A DNA stretch of 64,000 bases from the human T2T-CHM13v2.0 reference genome, Homo sapiens. Made by a program: the position numbers and the translations under genes. The notes beneath the pieces were generated by a model. It was not told the origin of the DNA, did not search any database, and saw only the letters and a list, made by a program, of their open reading frames with translations. Of the stretch, positions 14,890-27,682 are shown piece after piece; position 1 is the first letter of the stretch, and each line of letters opens with the position of its first letter. The DNA lies in NCBI RefSeq assembly GCF_009914755.1, contig NC_060935.1; one strand, 5' to 3'.

Positions 14890-15380
14890 TAATTAAAAAC
14901 ATCAATGGCTCCCTTTGCTTAGACTCGAGAGAGCAAAGTCTGATATCCTTAGTGTAACATTTTAGGTTCTCTATGATCTGGTCCTTACCTCTTATCCAAT
15001 ATCATTTCTTGCCTTCTCTTACCTTAAATTTGTATTTCACCATTCAAACATGTTTCCCAATATACTTTTTGAAAACATTTTTGTCTTCATCATTTTAAAT
15101 GCCTGATATGTACATGTTCCCCTGCTCTTTGCAAACTTAGCTCCAACATTAATCACCTCTTCTAGAACATTTCCCTGATAGCTCCAAGCCACTGATGGTG
15201 CCTCTTCTGTATGTTCACTTGGTAGTCTGTGCATATCTGCAACCAGAGCTTACCACATTGCACTGACATTCATGTGTTTCTCTCCTGTATTAAGCTGTGA
15301 ACACCTCAAGGACAGAAGCCATGCCTTAGTCATCTTGATATTGCCAGCATCTAGCAGAGTAGAACCTCAGGACATATTTG
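14890..15380 (+). mobile_element. L2 3' portion
   Basis: tcaatggctccc...ctctatgatctggtcc...taagctgtgaacacctcaaggacagaagccatg...ccagcatctagcagagt. Confidence 0.75.
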
Positions 15381-15409
15381 CTGCAAGTTCCTGATTCATA
15401 GGATGCACT

Positions 15410-15630
15410 GTGCAGCAGTTTGGAACTCAATTCTAGAGCTCAGGTCCTGCACTAGCATTTACTGCCATGTCCTCTGGACAAAGGATTTAAACTCTCTGAG
15501 AATCAATTTTCTCATTTGTAAAATGGTAAAAATAGTGGTATCTTCACCATGGTTGTTGGGTAAACACAACAATGGATATAAAATAGTTAATAAGCTATTT
15601 TTTACATAATAGTCACTTATAAATATTGTC
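15410..15630 (+). mobile_element. MIR
   Basis: ctctctgagaatcaattttctcatttgtaaaatgg. Confidence 0.75.
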
Positions 15631-16189
15631 ATCAATCCTTATCATCATATTTTGAAAGCATTATACTCAATCCTTTTAAGACCACAGCATGTCTGCTTAA
15701 GGCTGCAAAAGCCTTCAAAGGACTTCTTTCCAGATTTATCCCTTTGCCATTTTTTAGGGTTTGTCAATCCTTGTGGTCATAAAACGACAAGAAGAAATGA
15801 TCCCATACATGAATCATATTGTTTTCCACTCACTCTTTTGCCCTCTTTTCAGCAGTCTTTCTCTATTTGGAAAAAAAAATAGGCTTGGAAATAAAGTGAG
15901 GAGGTTAAGAAAAAGTAGCTTGGAGGATGGGAATAAAATTTAGCCCAAGATAAAATTATTAGGCTTGCCACATTTTCTGTCTTGACCACTAGAACATGCT
16001 TTAATAAAACTATTTAGAAATATGTTCTTTTCTGATTCATCCTAACAAGCCATCTTTTCTAGCTGATGAACTGGAAATTTTTGTAAATAAATGTCAGCAG
16101 CATGATATTTTCTTTAAATGATAGAGACTTTAAATAACTGAAAATAGTTTCAAAGATTAAGTGAATTATATAACAATATAATTATAAAA

Positions 16190-16410
16190 GCTAACATTTA
16201 TTGTTTGTTTACTGTGATAAGCACTTTAAATTTCTTACCCCATTTAGTAATTATAACAATTCAGTGATGAAGTAGTGCCACTTCTATTTCCATTAAAGAA
16301 ATGAAGAAAGTAAGGCTTGGAGAGTTTAGGACTTGTCCAAGGTCAAAAGACATAAAGATGCAAACATGAGATACTAAATAAGTTCTGTTGACTCCTAAGT
16401 TCATGCTCTT
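16190..16410 (-). mobile_element. MIR
   Basis: agctaacatttattg...atgaagaaagtaaggcttggagagtttaggacttgtccaaggtca. Confidence 0.8.
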
Positions 16411-17425
16411 TATCAATTCACTGAACAAATACATGCACATACAGACATGCTTATTATGCATACATGCATGCATACACATGTGAAAAGCCAGTATATTTTG
16501 GCTTCTAATTGTGTACAGAAAGCTGCAACTGATATATAAAAATGAAATTATTTGTTTCACATTACATATTGACTCTGATCAACAAATAAAAAAGAAACAA
16601 GGTACAGTACATTATTTTAGCCTGTTTCTGAAGATCATGAAGTTCAATTGAGTTCAATTTCAGGAGGGACTTTAGTATTAGAGTCAATATGGAGCAAGAA
16701 TGGCATTTTTCTTTTTCCTGGTGACCTTTGAGCTGTCTAAGCTCCCAGAAGAAAGACACAAGATTCGCTTTCTGTTTTGTTTTGTTTGTTTGTTTGTTTG
16801 TTTGTTTTAAACTTCTCTACCCAGCTGTGGCTCACTGTTCAGCAAATACCTCCAGTCTCTGGAAAAATTAAATTCATTCTTCTTTTCTAATGAGCAAACC
16901 CTCCTCTGCCTCCAGCTCAGTTCATCATTTGTTTGATTGTACATCCAGATACCCGAGATGCTGTTTGCTTGCTTTCTCTTAACCTGAGTTGTTGAACTTT
17001 AAAGATTTGGAGCACTACAACATTATTTTAACTCATGCCACTAAGCACATTACTCATTCTATTGTTATTGAGTCATGAATCACTCCCTGGCCTTTACCCG
17101 CTACCAGGTTTGCAGTTAACTACTGAGAGCATGTTCTAAGATGCCTCTTGGAAAATAAAACCTTTTTCTACTTGTTACGTGTCTTGTTATCTCATTATGC
17201 TGAGGGAGAAAGAAGGATTAGTCTAATATTTGAATCAAATCAAGTAGGCTAGTATGAAAATACTAATTAGGGAGCAGTTCCTAGAAAAAAACTACATACT
17301 TATTTTTTTCTTTTCTTTCCTTGGCCAGCCTGGGAAATCTATGCTGTTGATATCTGCTGAGATGACACAAGTGTCTAGGTAGAAACAATCAAATAGGAAA
17401 TGTTCCTAATAATTCACTCACTCGT

Positions 17426-17478
17426 CCCCTTCCCTCCCCTTGCCTTCCCTTCCCTTCCCTTTCCTTCCCTTCCTCTTC
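17426..17478. repeat. Polypyrimidine (CCTT/CCCTT)n tract
   Basis: ccccttccctccccttgccttcccttcccttcccttt... Confidence 0.9.
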
Positions 17479-17519
17479 TTTCCTTCCTTCTTTCCTTCTA
17501 TTTAAGCCATCTATGTGAT

Positions 17520-17870
17520 TATCAGTTATTGGATGCCTACCATAGGTAAAACATTATTTAAAGTGCCCAGATTTAGAGAATGGAGACACAAAGATTAATC
17601 ATACCTAGTCTCTACCTCAAGCTATTTTTATAATATTAGGGGAGAGAAAACAGGAAAGTAGGAACTAAAATCCAAGGTGGGAAGTGCTCAGTGCTATAAA
17701 AGATGCACAGATAAGCCTATAGAAGATCAGAAAATATATTCTTCCTGCTAGAGAATCAGGGAAGCTTCATGACTGTAGCAGCATTTGTACTCCACCTTTA
17801 AAAAGATAGGAGTGTTGGAGGGGTGAGGGCAACATTCCAGGTAGAAGAATGCAGAGGCAAATAAAGATGA
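17520..17870 (-). mobile_element. L2 fragment
   Basis: ttattggatgcctac...gtctctacctcaag...gaatcagggaagcttca...cattccaggtagaagaa. Confidence 0.65.
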
Positions 17871-18659
17871 GAAATCTTGTGTTTCTGTCATTTCCTTTAT
17901 TTCCTCTACAAGCCTCTGGATCTCTAGGCCAGCAACCCTTAAACCTCTTGAGATTCTTTTTTCATCTATTTTCCCAAATCAAACTCATTTGTTCTGTATT
18001 GAATGGATCTTAACCACCATCTAGGTGAACAACTGGCCAATCTATTGATTTGTCCACACACAAAAATGTCATTCTTATATTATTTCATTCATTTAAGATT
18101 ACCTGTTCATATTTTAACGAGGAGTTTCTAAGAAGTGACCCTAATTCTACACAGACAATTTCAATGATGAGGGCACCTGTTTTTGTTTGAGGGAAGGAAG
18201 GGATACTTCAAATATTCCCTCAGAACAGAGATAACTGTCCCCATAGCTAACTTGGCATTCCCTTAGTGAAATGTTACTGGGCACAATAAAATCTAGGTAG
18301 GATCAAGCTATTGTGGGCAAGATAATTTGCATGCGATCAATTCAGTTTTTTGGAAGATGAATAATATAGGAGGAAATTCTAAGGCTTACGTGGGACACCC
18401 CGTAGTATATTGCAATATTGGAGTCACACCAGGGAATTGCATAACTCCACTACCTCTCTGTGTTAAAGAGAACAAAATATCCGTTAAAATTTCCACAAGT
18501 CTTTAGGTTCCAACAGATTCATGCTTCAAGGTGTCTGTTCAGATAATCTAAAATAATGTACTACTTTACCATAAGAGGAATAAGAGAAGGAAAAGTTAAT
18601 ATTTCCTAAGTACTGTTACGTACGAGGTACTATTTCTAAGATATTTCTCCTGCACAAAA

Positions 18660-19120
18660 CTGTCTTCTGGTTTATCATTTCACTGACACTAAGATGTGAT
18701 CTCAATCTGGGCCTATGAGATTCTGCATAATCTGACCTCTGCTTGCTTTCCTCTTTCCCCTCATCTCCTGTGACTGTCCTCATTCCTTAAATTATTTTAC
18801 TCACATTAACTTTCTTTACTTAAAATAACACCTTTATTCCTTCCTCAAAGTTTTTGGATTTCCCGTATTTTCTGATTGGGGAATTCATCCCCCAGAGAGC
18901 CCTGTGGTTCTCACTCTCTTTTAATAGAGTCTTCACTCAGAGAGCCCTTCCCTTATTACCTGGTTTAATGTAGATCTCCCACCACTGATTTTAGCTGTCT
19001 GTGTTCCCTTTATAAGATAAAAATCAAGAGAACAGGGACTTTTATCTTGCTTGCTGCTGAATTCCCAAAGCCAAGAACAATATTCAGCACATAGTAGGCA
19101 TTTAATAAATATTTATTAAA
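18660..19120 (+). mobile_element. L2 3' end
   Basis: gagaacagggactttt...cagcacatagtaggcatttaataaatattt. Confidence 0.75.
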
Positions 19121-19976
19121 ATAGAGGAAAATATTGTTATCTCCATTTTACAGAGGAGCATATTATATTCAAGAGAGGTTGAAAATTTATGCAAGGTTGC
19201 CAGTCTAATAACTGAAGCAGCTGAGGATTTGTACCCCTGTCCCTTTCACTGCACCAAAATTACTTTGAAGAGCATGCTCTAGTAAATGCTTCCCTTGTAT
19301 TGTAGAGAGTTTTACATAAGCACAATCTTTTTTTCCACAATGCCTCTGTTATAATTAGGTATTTGTTTTTCTCACTTCCCATTTCAGTAAAACCTAATCT
19401 GTGTTGTCATCTTCTGTAGACTAATTGCAGGGAGTCTACTACACATAGTAATCATTAATGCATAAAATATACTAACTTTAACTGGTATAAATAATACTAG
19501 CAATGGTTCTCTGTCTTTCTGTCTGTCTCTCTCTTCCTAGTTATTTGACAAAGCTTTTGTTGCATCGCTTATCTTAGTTCAATGTGTATCAGAACTGGAA
19601 GGCATCTTAGAAAGAGACCCAGAGTGGAAAGGGATCCTTTCAATGTCACATAAATCCCTATAGTGAGTCTCCATACTCTTTCTGATATTTTCATCAGCCT
19701 TATATCCTGCATATGCGAAAAACAAAAGGAAAAAAAAGCTAAAAGCAAAATCTAACTTAATACCCTAAATTTTTCCTTTGCCTTATGTTAACATTGGTTA
19801 TAACACAACTTCCATGAAAGAACTTTTATTTATTTTATCTATGCTTTTTTTAATTATGTGGAGGCATGACAGAGCTTTATCTCAGTGTCATTTTAATTGG
19901 AAGTATTGATGTCTGAAGTTGCACCCTGCTGAGAAAATGTTATTTATGTGCCACATGTCCCCAGCCTAAACGGTTC

Positions 19977-20412
19977 TGTAGTATATTGTAATGTTGTTCA
20001 TAGCTCTTGTTTTCCTTTCCACTCCTATAGGAGGATTAAACAGCCACATTCCTTGTCACATAACTTATAGTGCCCCCTGTAGGCATCATTGTCAGGACTG
20101 GCCATGTGACTTGCTCTGGCCAATCCCCTATGAGTGAACAAGATATAGGTTGCATCCAAAAAGGAGCTTTGAGTTTGATTCCTCCCTGCTTCAAGAAGCA
20201 GTGCATTGTACAAAGGGGCTGCTCTCTCATCGTGAGGTTATGAATGGGTCATGTAGAGCAGATTTACAGTGGATCTGGAGCAAAGAATGAGATTACTTGA
20301 AGCCTTCACATAATATGTGCAAGAACAAATGTTTTGTTGTTACTGGTGAAATCCATTGAAAAATGTTGGATTTGTTTGTTAGCATAGCAAAAGTTGAGTA
20401 GTTGATAAGACA
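19977..20412 (+). mobile_element. MLT1 (H/I-like) solo LTR
   Basis: TG start; ggccatgtgacttgctctggccaat; ends tttgtttgttagcatagcaaaagttgagtagttgataagaca. Confidence 0.75.
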
Positions 20413-20589
20413 GCTTTTTGTAAGTGGAAATGTCTAAGCTGTGGCTTGTAGCTGTTTGGTATGATTTTGGGTAGAATCCAGAATTTCATACTGGATAGAA
20501 GCCAGGATCCAGTGACCTCTTATGGATCTTCAACTTTGAGATTTTATGATTCTTTGCTTTACTTTCTTAGTACTTCTATTACTCAAGTA

Positions 20590-21055
20590 TTTATGAAATT
20601 TATTCAAATGATACCTTAAAATCCTGATACATTCATGACATCATCTGAGTTGTACATGTACAGTTAATTACTCATAATTTTTCTTCAATTGAACTCTACC
20701 TTTGTACTTAAATTAACTTACTTAACCAGGATACTTGTTATCATTACCAAAAAATAGAAAACCAATATCATTTGCATTAAACAGAAGGTTATTCTGTAAA
20801 AATATATATACTATAGAAAATAAACTTATTAATTTTAGCTGTGCCTGATTTATTCCTATTAATATGGGCCTTTCTCATTGTCTTTCTTAACAAGGATTAT
20901 TAAGAAGTGTTAGAGAACTGAGATATTCTCTTCATTACCAGAAAGATGAAAAGGAAAATCAATAGAGGGTAGCATACTCACTGAATGATTTGGCACTGCT
21001 CAATCTGTGCCTGTCCTTTCATGGACCTCTAGAAAGACACACCAGAAAATAGACT
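20590..21055 (+). mobile_element. MER113-like hAT-Charlie fossil
   Basis: aaaaccaatatcatttgcattaaacagaagg; aagtgttagagaactgagatattctc; boundaries approximate. Confidence 0.55.
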
Positions 21056-21153
21056 GGATGGAGTACAAGGAATGTCACTTCTCTAAAAGATAATTATCTT
21101 TTTATGATAATATGTTGATATCATGGGCACTGACTTTGATTTTAAAAATGATA

Positions 21154-22606
21154 GAGAAATGGAGCAAGATAGCCGAATAGAAGCCTCCACCAATAATCAT
21201 CCCTGCAAGAATAGCAAATTGAACAAAAGGAGGAACCTTCATAAGAACCAAAAATCACTGTGAGTGATCACAGTACCTAGTTTTAACTTCATATTACTGA
21301 AAAAGGCACTGAAAGAGGAAGAGTGTAGGAAAGACAGTCTTGAATTGCTAATGCCACCCGTCCCTCATCCCCAGGTGGTAGCGGCATAGTGCAAAGAGAG
21401 AATTTGAATGTACTTGGGGAAGGGAGAGCACAATGATTGTGGGACTTTGCACTAAAACACAGTGCTGCCCTGTCACAGCAGCAGACAACACTAGGCAGAA
21501 CACAGCTGGTGTTCATGGAGGGAACACTTGGTGCAGCTCTAGCGAGAGGGGAAACGTCCATCCCAGCAGTCAGAACCTGAGTTCTGGCAAGGCTCCCCAC
21601 CACAGGCTAAAGATCTCTGGTGTCCTAAATAAACTTGAAATGCAATCTAGGCTACAAGGACTGCAATTCCAGGGCAACTTCTTGTGCTTTGCTAGGCTCA
21701 GAGCAAGTGGACTAGTGGGACATGTGATGTAGTGAGACACCAGCTTGGTGGCCAAGGGAGTGCTTGCACCACCCCTCCCCCAAGCCCAGACAGTACAACT
21801 CACAGCTCCAGGAGAGACTCTTTGCCTTTGCTTGAGGAAAGGAGAGGGAAAGGTAAAGAGGACTTTGCCTTGTAATGTGGATACTGGTTCAGCCACAGTA
21901 AGATAGGGCACCAAGCAGAGTCCTGATGCCCACATTCCAGCTCCTGGGAGCTTAGCACAGAGAGAGAGAGAGACTCAATTTATTTGGGACAAAGTAAGGG
22001 AAGAGAATAAGAGTCTCTGCCTTATAATTCAGGAAATTTTTTCAGATCTTATCCAAGGCAAGCAAGGTGGTACCTCTATGAATCTGCAAGAGCCATAGCA
22101 TTACTGGGTTTAGAGTGCCTACCATTGCAAATATAGGTGCAGTTACCAAAAACTTAGACCACAACACCCCAGTCCCTTCAAATACCTGGAAAGCCTTCTC
22201 AGGAAGGATGGGTACAAATAAGCCTAAACTATGAAGAATATAATAAATACCTAACTCTGCCCAAAAACAATGAACATCCACAAGCATCAAGACTATCCAG
22301 GAAAACATGACCTCACCACACAAACTAAGTAAGGCACCAGGAACAAATCCTAAGATACGTGACCTTTCAGATAGAGATTTCAAAATAGCTGTTTTGAGGA
22401 AACTCAGTGAAATTCAAGATAATACAGAGAGTGAATTAAGATTCCTATCAGATAAATTATATAAATAAAAATTATAATAAAGTTATTTATAATAATAAAT
22501 AAATTATAATAAATAAAATTATAAAAATTATAAGAAATTATAATAAAAAGAATCAAGCAGAAATTCTGGAGTTGAAAAATGTAATTGACATATAGAAAAA
22601 TGCATC
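21154..22606 (+). mobile_element. L1MA (L1M1-type) 5'UTR and start of ORF1
   Basis: atggagcaagatagccgaatagaagcctccacc start; caggaaaacatgacctcacca, aaaatagctgttttgaggaaactca (ORF1 start region); TT/AAAA site and putative TSD aaaaatgata at 21144-21153. Confidence 0.85.
22456..22548. repeat. AT-only low-complexity expansion (ataaataaaattata-like units) inside L1 ORF1
   Basis: ~90 nt of almost pure A/T built from reiterated aaattata/ataaata units. Confidence 0.85.
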
Positions 22607-22966
22607 TGTATTAGTCCATTTTCACACTGCTATAAAGATACTACCAGAAAATGGGTAACTTATAAAAGAAAGAGGTTTAATTGACTCAGTTCCTCATTGC
22701 TGGGGAGGCCCCAGGAAAATTCTAAGCATGGTGGAAGGTGAAGGAAAAGCAAGCACTTTCTTCACAAGGTGGCAGGAGAAAGAGTGCAGGGAAAACTGCC
22801 ACTTTTAAACCATCAGATCTCCTGATAAATCCCTCACTATCAAGAGAACAGCATGGGGAAAATGATCCCTATGATCTAATAACCTCTCACCAGGTCCCTC
22901 CCTCGACACATGGGGATTAAAATTCAAGATGAGATTTGGATGGGGACAGAAGGCCAAACCATATCA
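22607..22966 (-). mobile_element. THE1D/MSTA-type MaLR LTR (3' LTR)
   Basis: tgtattagtccattttcacactgctataaag...gagatttggatggggacagaaggccaaaccatatca (TG...CA termini). Confidence 0.9.
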
Positions 22967-23149
22967 TTCTGCCCCTGGTCTCTCCCAAATCTCATGTCCT
23001 TTTCACATTTCAAAACCAATCATGCCTTCTCAACAGTCCCACAAAGTCTTAACTTATTCCAGCATTAACTCAATAGTTTAAGTACAAAGTCTCATTAGAG
23101 ACAAGGCAAGTCCCTTCTCCCTGGGAGCCTGTAAAATCAAATGCAGGTA
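22967..23149 (-). mobile_element. THE1/MST internal sequence, truncated
   Basis: ttctgcccctgg...cccaaatctcatgtcc...gagacaaggcaagtcccttc...gagcctgtaaaatcaaa. Confidence 0.85.
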
Positions 23150-23150
23150 A

Positions 23151-24470
23151 TAAAATCAACATGGATTGAGGGCTTAAATCTAAGACCTCAAATTATGAAA
23201 CTCCTAAAAGAAAACATTGGGGAAGCTTTCCAGGACTTTGGCCTGGGCAAAGATTTCTTGAGTAATACCCCACAAGCACAGACAATCAAAGTAAAATTAG
23301 AGAAATGGGGTCACACCAAGTTAAAAAAAAAAAAAGGACTTTTGCACAGCAAAGGAAACAGTCAACAAAGTGAATAGGGAACCCACAGAACTGGAGAAAG
23401 TATTTACAAACTATCCATCTGACAAAGGATAAATAAATAGAATATATAGGAGCTCAAACAACCCTATAAGAAAAAAAAAAAACTGATAATCTGATTTAAA
23501 AATGGCCAAAAGATCTGAATAAGTATTTCTCAAAAGAAGATGTACAAATAGCAAACAGGCATGTAAAAAGGTGCTCAATATTGATCATCAGAATAATGCA
23601 AATCAAAACTATAACGATATATCATCTCACCCCAGTTAAATGGCTTTTATCCAAAAGACAGGGTATAACAACTCCTGGCAAGGATGTGGAGAAAGGAGAA
23701 CCTTCTTTCTCCATTAGTGGGAATGTAAAGTAGTGCAACCACTATGAAGAACAGTTTGGAAGCTCGTCAAAAAGTAAAAATTGAGCTACCATATTGTCTA
23801 GCAATCCCACTTCTGGGTATATACTCAAAAGGAAGGAAATCTGTCCATCAAAGAGATATCTACACTCCTGTGTTTATTGTACACTATTCACAATAGCCGA
23901 GATTTGGAAGCAACCTAAATGTCCATCAACAGATGAATGGATAAAGAAAATGTGGTACCTATATATACTGAAATAGCATTCAGCCATAAAAAAAAGTAAT
24001 ATCCCATCATTTGCAACAACATGGATAGAACTAGAGGTCATTATGTTAAATGAAATAAGCCAGGCACACAAAGGCAAACTTCTCATATTCTCACTTATTT
24101 TGAGGAACTACAAATTTAAACAGTTAACTAATAGAGATGAAAAGTAGAAGGATGGTTACCAGGGGCTGGGAAAGGTAGTGGGTAGGAGGGAAGTGGTTAA
24201 TGGGTACAAAAATACATTTAGATAAAATTAATAAGATCTATAATTTGATAGCATAAAAGGGTGACTAAAGTCAACAGTAATTCACAGTACATTTAAAAAT
24301 AACTAAAAGTGTATATTTGGATTGTTAGTTACATAAAGAAAGGAGAAATGCTTGGGGTGATGAATATCCCATTTGTCCTGTTGTGATTATTACACATCGT
24401 ATGTCTGTGTCAAAATATCTCATGTACCATATAAATACACAAAACTACTATGTACCCACAAAAATTAAAA
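23151..24470 (+). mobile_element. L1MA2/3-like ORF2 C-terminal part and 3'UTR
   Basis: Decayed ORF2 (ORFs 23141-23377, WKQPKCPSTDEWIKKMW); 3' end tactatgtacccacaaaaattaaaa; putative TSD caaagtgata at 24476-24485. Confidence 0.9.
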
Positions 24471-25569
24471 CTTTACAAAGTGATAAACTTCAAATTCTCC
24501 TTCCGGTTTTGCACCATCACCAGTGTCCACAGTCTTGTCTTTTTTCCTCGAGATAAACAGCTCTAAGTCATTCATCTTTTCCTTATCTGATATGGTTTCT
24601 GTGACTCTGCTCTACTTTCCTTTCCCTGACTAGTAGTCTTCTTATCAAGCTCTCTTTCTCTTGCTCAGAAGTAAACAGAATTTATATTGGAACAATATAA
24701 TTGATCTGAAAACTTCTCATATAAAATTCTCTATTATTTTCGTGTCTCTCAAATTTAACTAGGACATCATAGGAGACTTTGGAATACAGGAAATGTCTAA
24801 TGATTGACTCTCTGTTTAAGTATAATGAGAAGTTTTCCTGATGCTTTTACTATTAGCTTTGGAATCAGTGAACCTTTAACTTGTAATCCCTGGGGCTAGT
24901 TTTGTTTTCATTCTTATTAAATTGGGGATAAGGGCAGATTATCCCACAAATTGTCTCTCTGTTCTTATTCAGGTAGAAATGAAAATCAGCCAAGTGAGAA
25001 GTTACAGCAGCAGGACCTGGTCAAAGTGGATAGGGAAGAAGGGCAATTTCCCTGTCTGAAAAGAACCTGACTGTCTCACAACCTGGCAGATCCTTTCAGA
25101 AGTGAAGCTATTAGGCTGTTCATTCAGCTTCACAGTGTCGGCCACGGACATGCTAAATTGTCACACTTATCTGACCAAAAAAATCCTAGGCAGTAATTTC
25201 TGCTTTAAGCTAAAATAGCTTTCAGACCTCTTTGGCTAGTGAAAACTAACTGGATTTTTCTTCAATGAATGTTTGATTTAAGCTCCTCTGCATGTGCAAT
25301 GGGAAAGCGACTGCTCTTCCCACCACCAGAAACTGCTCATTAGTAAGTAGATGTGCCTAACCAGTTGTGCCAGAGAGGGGCAAAGAAGCCTTTCAGGCAG
25401 TTAATAATGTTATGGCATCCTGTTCCCCTCAGAATGCTTCATTTTAATTTTGTGCTCAATATGTCCCTAATAAACCAAGTGGGGTGGTCTGAATGGTTGG
25501 GGAAATACCCCTGAACTAGTTTTTACTGTTTTGCCTTTTATCTCTTTCTCACAACTTCTTTTCTGGTTT

Positions 25570-25770
25570 ATGACTATATGTATATAGTCTTGGCTAAATC
25601 ACTAGTCACTTAACCGGATTACTAGTCACTTTACCTCAGTTTATTCCTCAATAAAATGGAGGGCTTTACAATGCCTTTCTCCAAAGGCCATTGTACATAT
25701 TTAATGACAGGACATGTGAAAGTTTCCTAGAATACTGTGTAGCACATAATAAGTGCTCAATAAATGATGT
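25570..25770 (+). mobile_element. MIR
   Basis: cctcagtttattcctcaataaaatgg...agcacataataagtgctcaataaatg. Confidence 0.75.
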
Positions 25771-25929
25771 TTAATGCAGAATCAAACTGTATTAAATATT
25801 AAATAATGTTCCTCTAATGTGAATGACCCACAGGTAAAGTCTCTCCCGATTCAAAGAGCTTATAGGGCAAGCCTACAAAGACAGCTTCATAAAGGGCTCA
25901 TAAAATTATTCATCATTTCTATTCATACA

Positions 25930-26080
25930 AAACTTAATGACTGTGGAGAGCTCAGAAAAGAGCAGTGAAATGATGAAAGTTCCATGAGGTCATTCCTCTG
26001 AGAAAGGGTTAGAGGAGATGGATTCTTTAATCTGGGCAAGTGAAGATTGCAGCATGACTTAATAATGGTCTTCAAGCATG
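25930..26080 (+). mobile_element. L3/CR1 LINE fragment
   Basis: gagctcagaaaagagcagtgaaatgatg...gagaaagggttagaggagatggattctttaatctggg...gacttaataatggtcttcaag resembles the CR1 ORF2 3' end. Confidence 0.65.
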
Positions 26081-26650
26081 ATTGATGTTAGTAGCAGAGA
26101 GAGTAATGTAAGGGTTGCATTAAAGTGGAAACACACCCTTATAATTCTCTCAAGACCTGCTAGATATTTCCTAAGAGCACAAGTAAATGAAACAGATTCC
26201 TATTGCTGATGAGAATAGATATTAAAGCTGGAGTCAAGAAGAAAATGCCCCTGCATGTTTACTTGTCAGAGACAGCATCTGGATGGCTGATGGCTGGACA
26301 TTGTTGAGACTGCTGTGCCTCGTGGACTTTAGGCAATTTCACAGCATCTGCTGCTGACTGTAGGATTGCCTGGCAATCTGGGCTAGCCCCACAATGCCCA
26401 AAACAGAACTGACTCCCATTGAATGTGTGACAAGTATCTGAAAAAAAGAACTCATTTACACAAAGAGTATGCCATAGCTCCGCTGGTAGAGGTAAGAATT
26501 TTACGGGTATTGGCTTAGTTATCTTGATTGGAGGCAAAGCAGGCCCTGCTTTTAGGTTCTTATAGGAATCAGAACCAGGTTTGAATTCAATCTACCACTT
26601 ACTAGATGGGTGACCTTGAGCATAGTTTATAATTCCCCTCCCTGTTCTTT

Positions 26651-27113
26651 GTATACTAGTCAGAGTTCATTTTGATAAATAATAGAAATCTACTTTGGAT
26701 AAATTTAAGCAAAAAGGAATTAACAAGTGAGATGACTAGTTTATAGAATTGACAGAAAGATTAAAAATTAAGCTGTAGCAGAAACCAGAGTAGGCAAGGC
26801 AAAGGAATGCTTTGCATAAGGCATCACACCAATTTTGCTGCAATTAAACACTTACTGCTCTAATGGACTGTGGACTCCACTGTAGTGTTGAGTAATCTCC
26901 AACAGACCCCACGCTTTTATGTCATTCCCCAAAAGTTCTGGGTAGGAGTATCTGATTAGTTGTTCTTAAGTCATATGCCCTACACTCTAGGGGCCATGGT
27001 ACTAGAGAGGGAATATCTGTTCCCAACAGGCTGTTAGCATGCCATACCTCCACTTATCATAGGATTTTTCCCAAATTTGGATGCTGGTCACCCAGAATTA
27101 CACATGTCGACTA
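26651..27113 (-). mobile_element. Old MLT1 (J/K/L-like) LTR
   Basis: aatagaaatctactttggataaatttaagcaaaaaggaatt; tctgattagttgttcttaagtcatatgccc. Confidence 0.6.
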
Positions 27114-27618
27114 CATTTCACTCTTAGCTTTTGCAAAGCAGAGATAATATTCTACTGCTAGAGTTGACGTACATGACATGTACTAATAGATGACAAATGC
27201 TAGCTGTCTTAATAAAAATTACAGTAGTGGTGATGGTTGTTGGAGAAATTTCCCAGTGGGAACTGGGTGACTTCTGTTTACTAGACACTGAACTCTTTGA
27301 GGGCAGATTACTCACTCTCCAGTGGTGGAACTCAGTGGCCCTCAATCATGGCCGTATATGAGAATTTCCTGGAGAGCTTAAAAAAAAAAAAAAGAAAAAA
27401 AGAAAAACTGTGACAGTGCCTTTCCTTTTGTTTGTTTGTTTGTTTGTTTTTCCCCCCAAGGAACATGGTATTTGTAAATGATTAGCATTAAAATTGAAAC
27501 AAAACAAAATAACTGTCATAGAACATTTATATACCTGAAAATTGATGTGATGGATTTATGGGGCCCATTTGATTAATAGTGGTTTACTCTACTATTATTA
27601 CCATTAGGCCTCTATAAT

Positions 27619-27682
27619 TTTTTTTTTCTTTTTTGAGACATAGTCTTGCTCTGTCGCCCAGGCTGGAGTGCGGTGGAGTGAT
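27619..27682 (-). mobile_element. Severely 5'-truncated Alu (3' ~48 nt plus poly(A)) with TSD
   Basis: T-tract then gagacatagtcttgctctgtcgcccaggctggagtgcggtggagtgat, flanked by a perfect direct repeat ccattaggcctctataat (27601-27618, 27683-27700). Confidence 0.95.
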
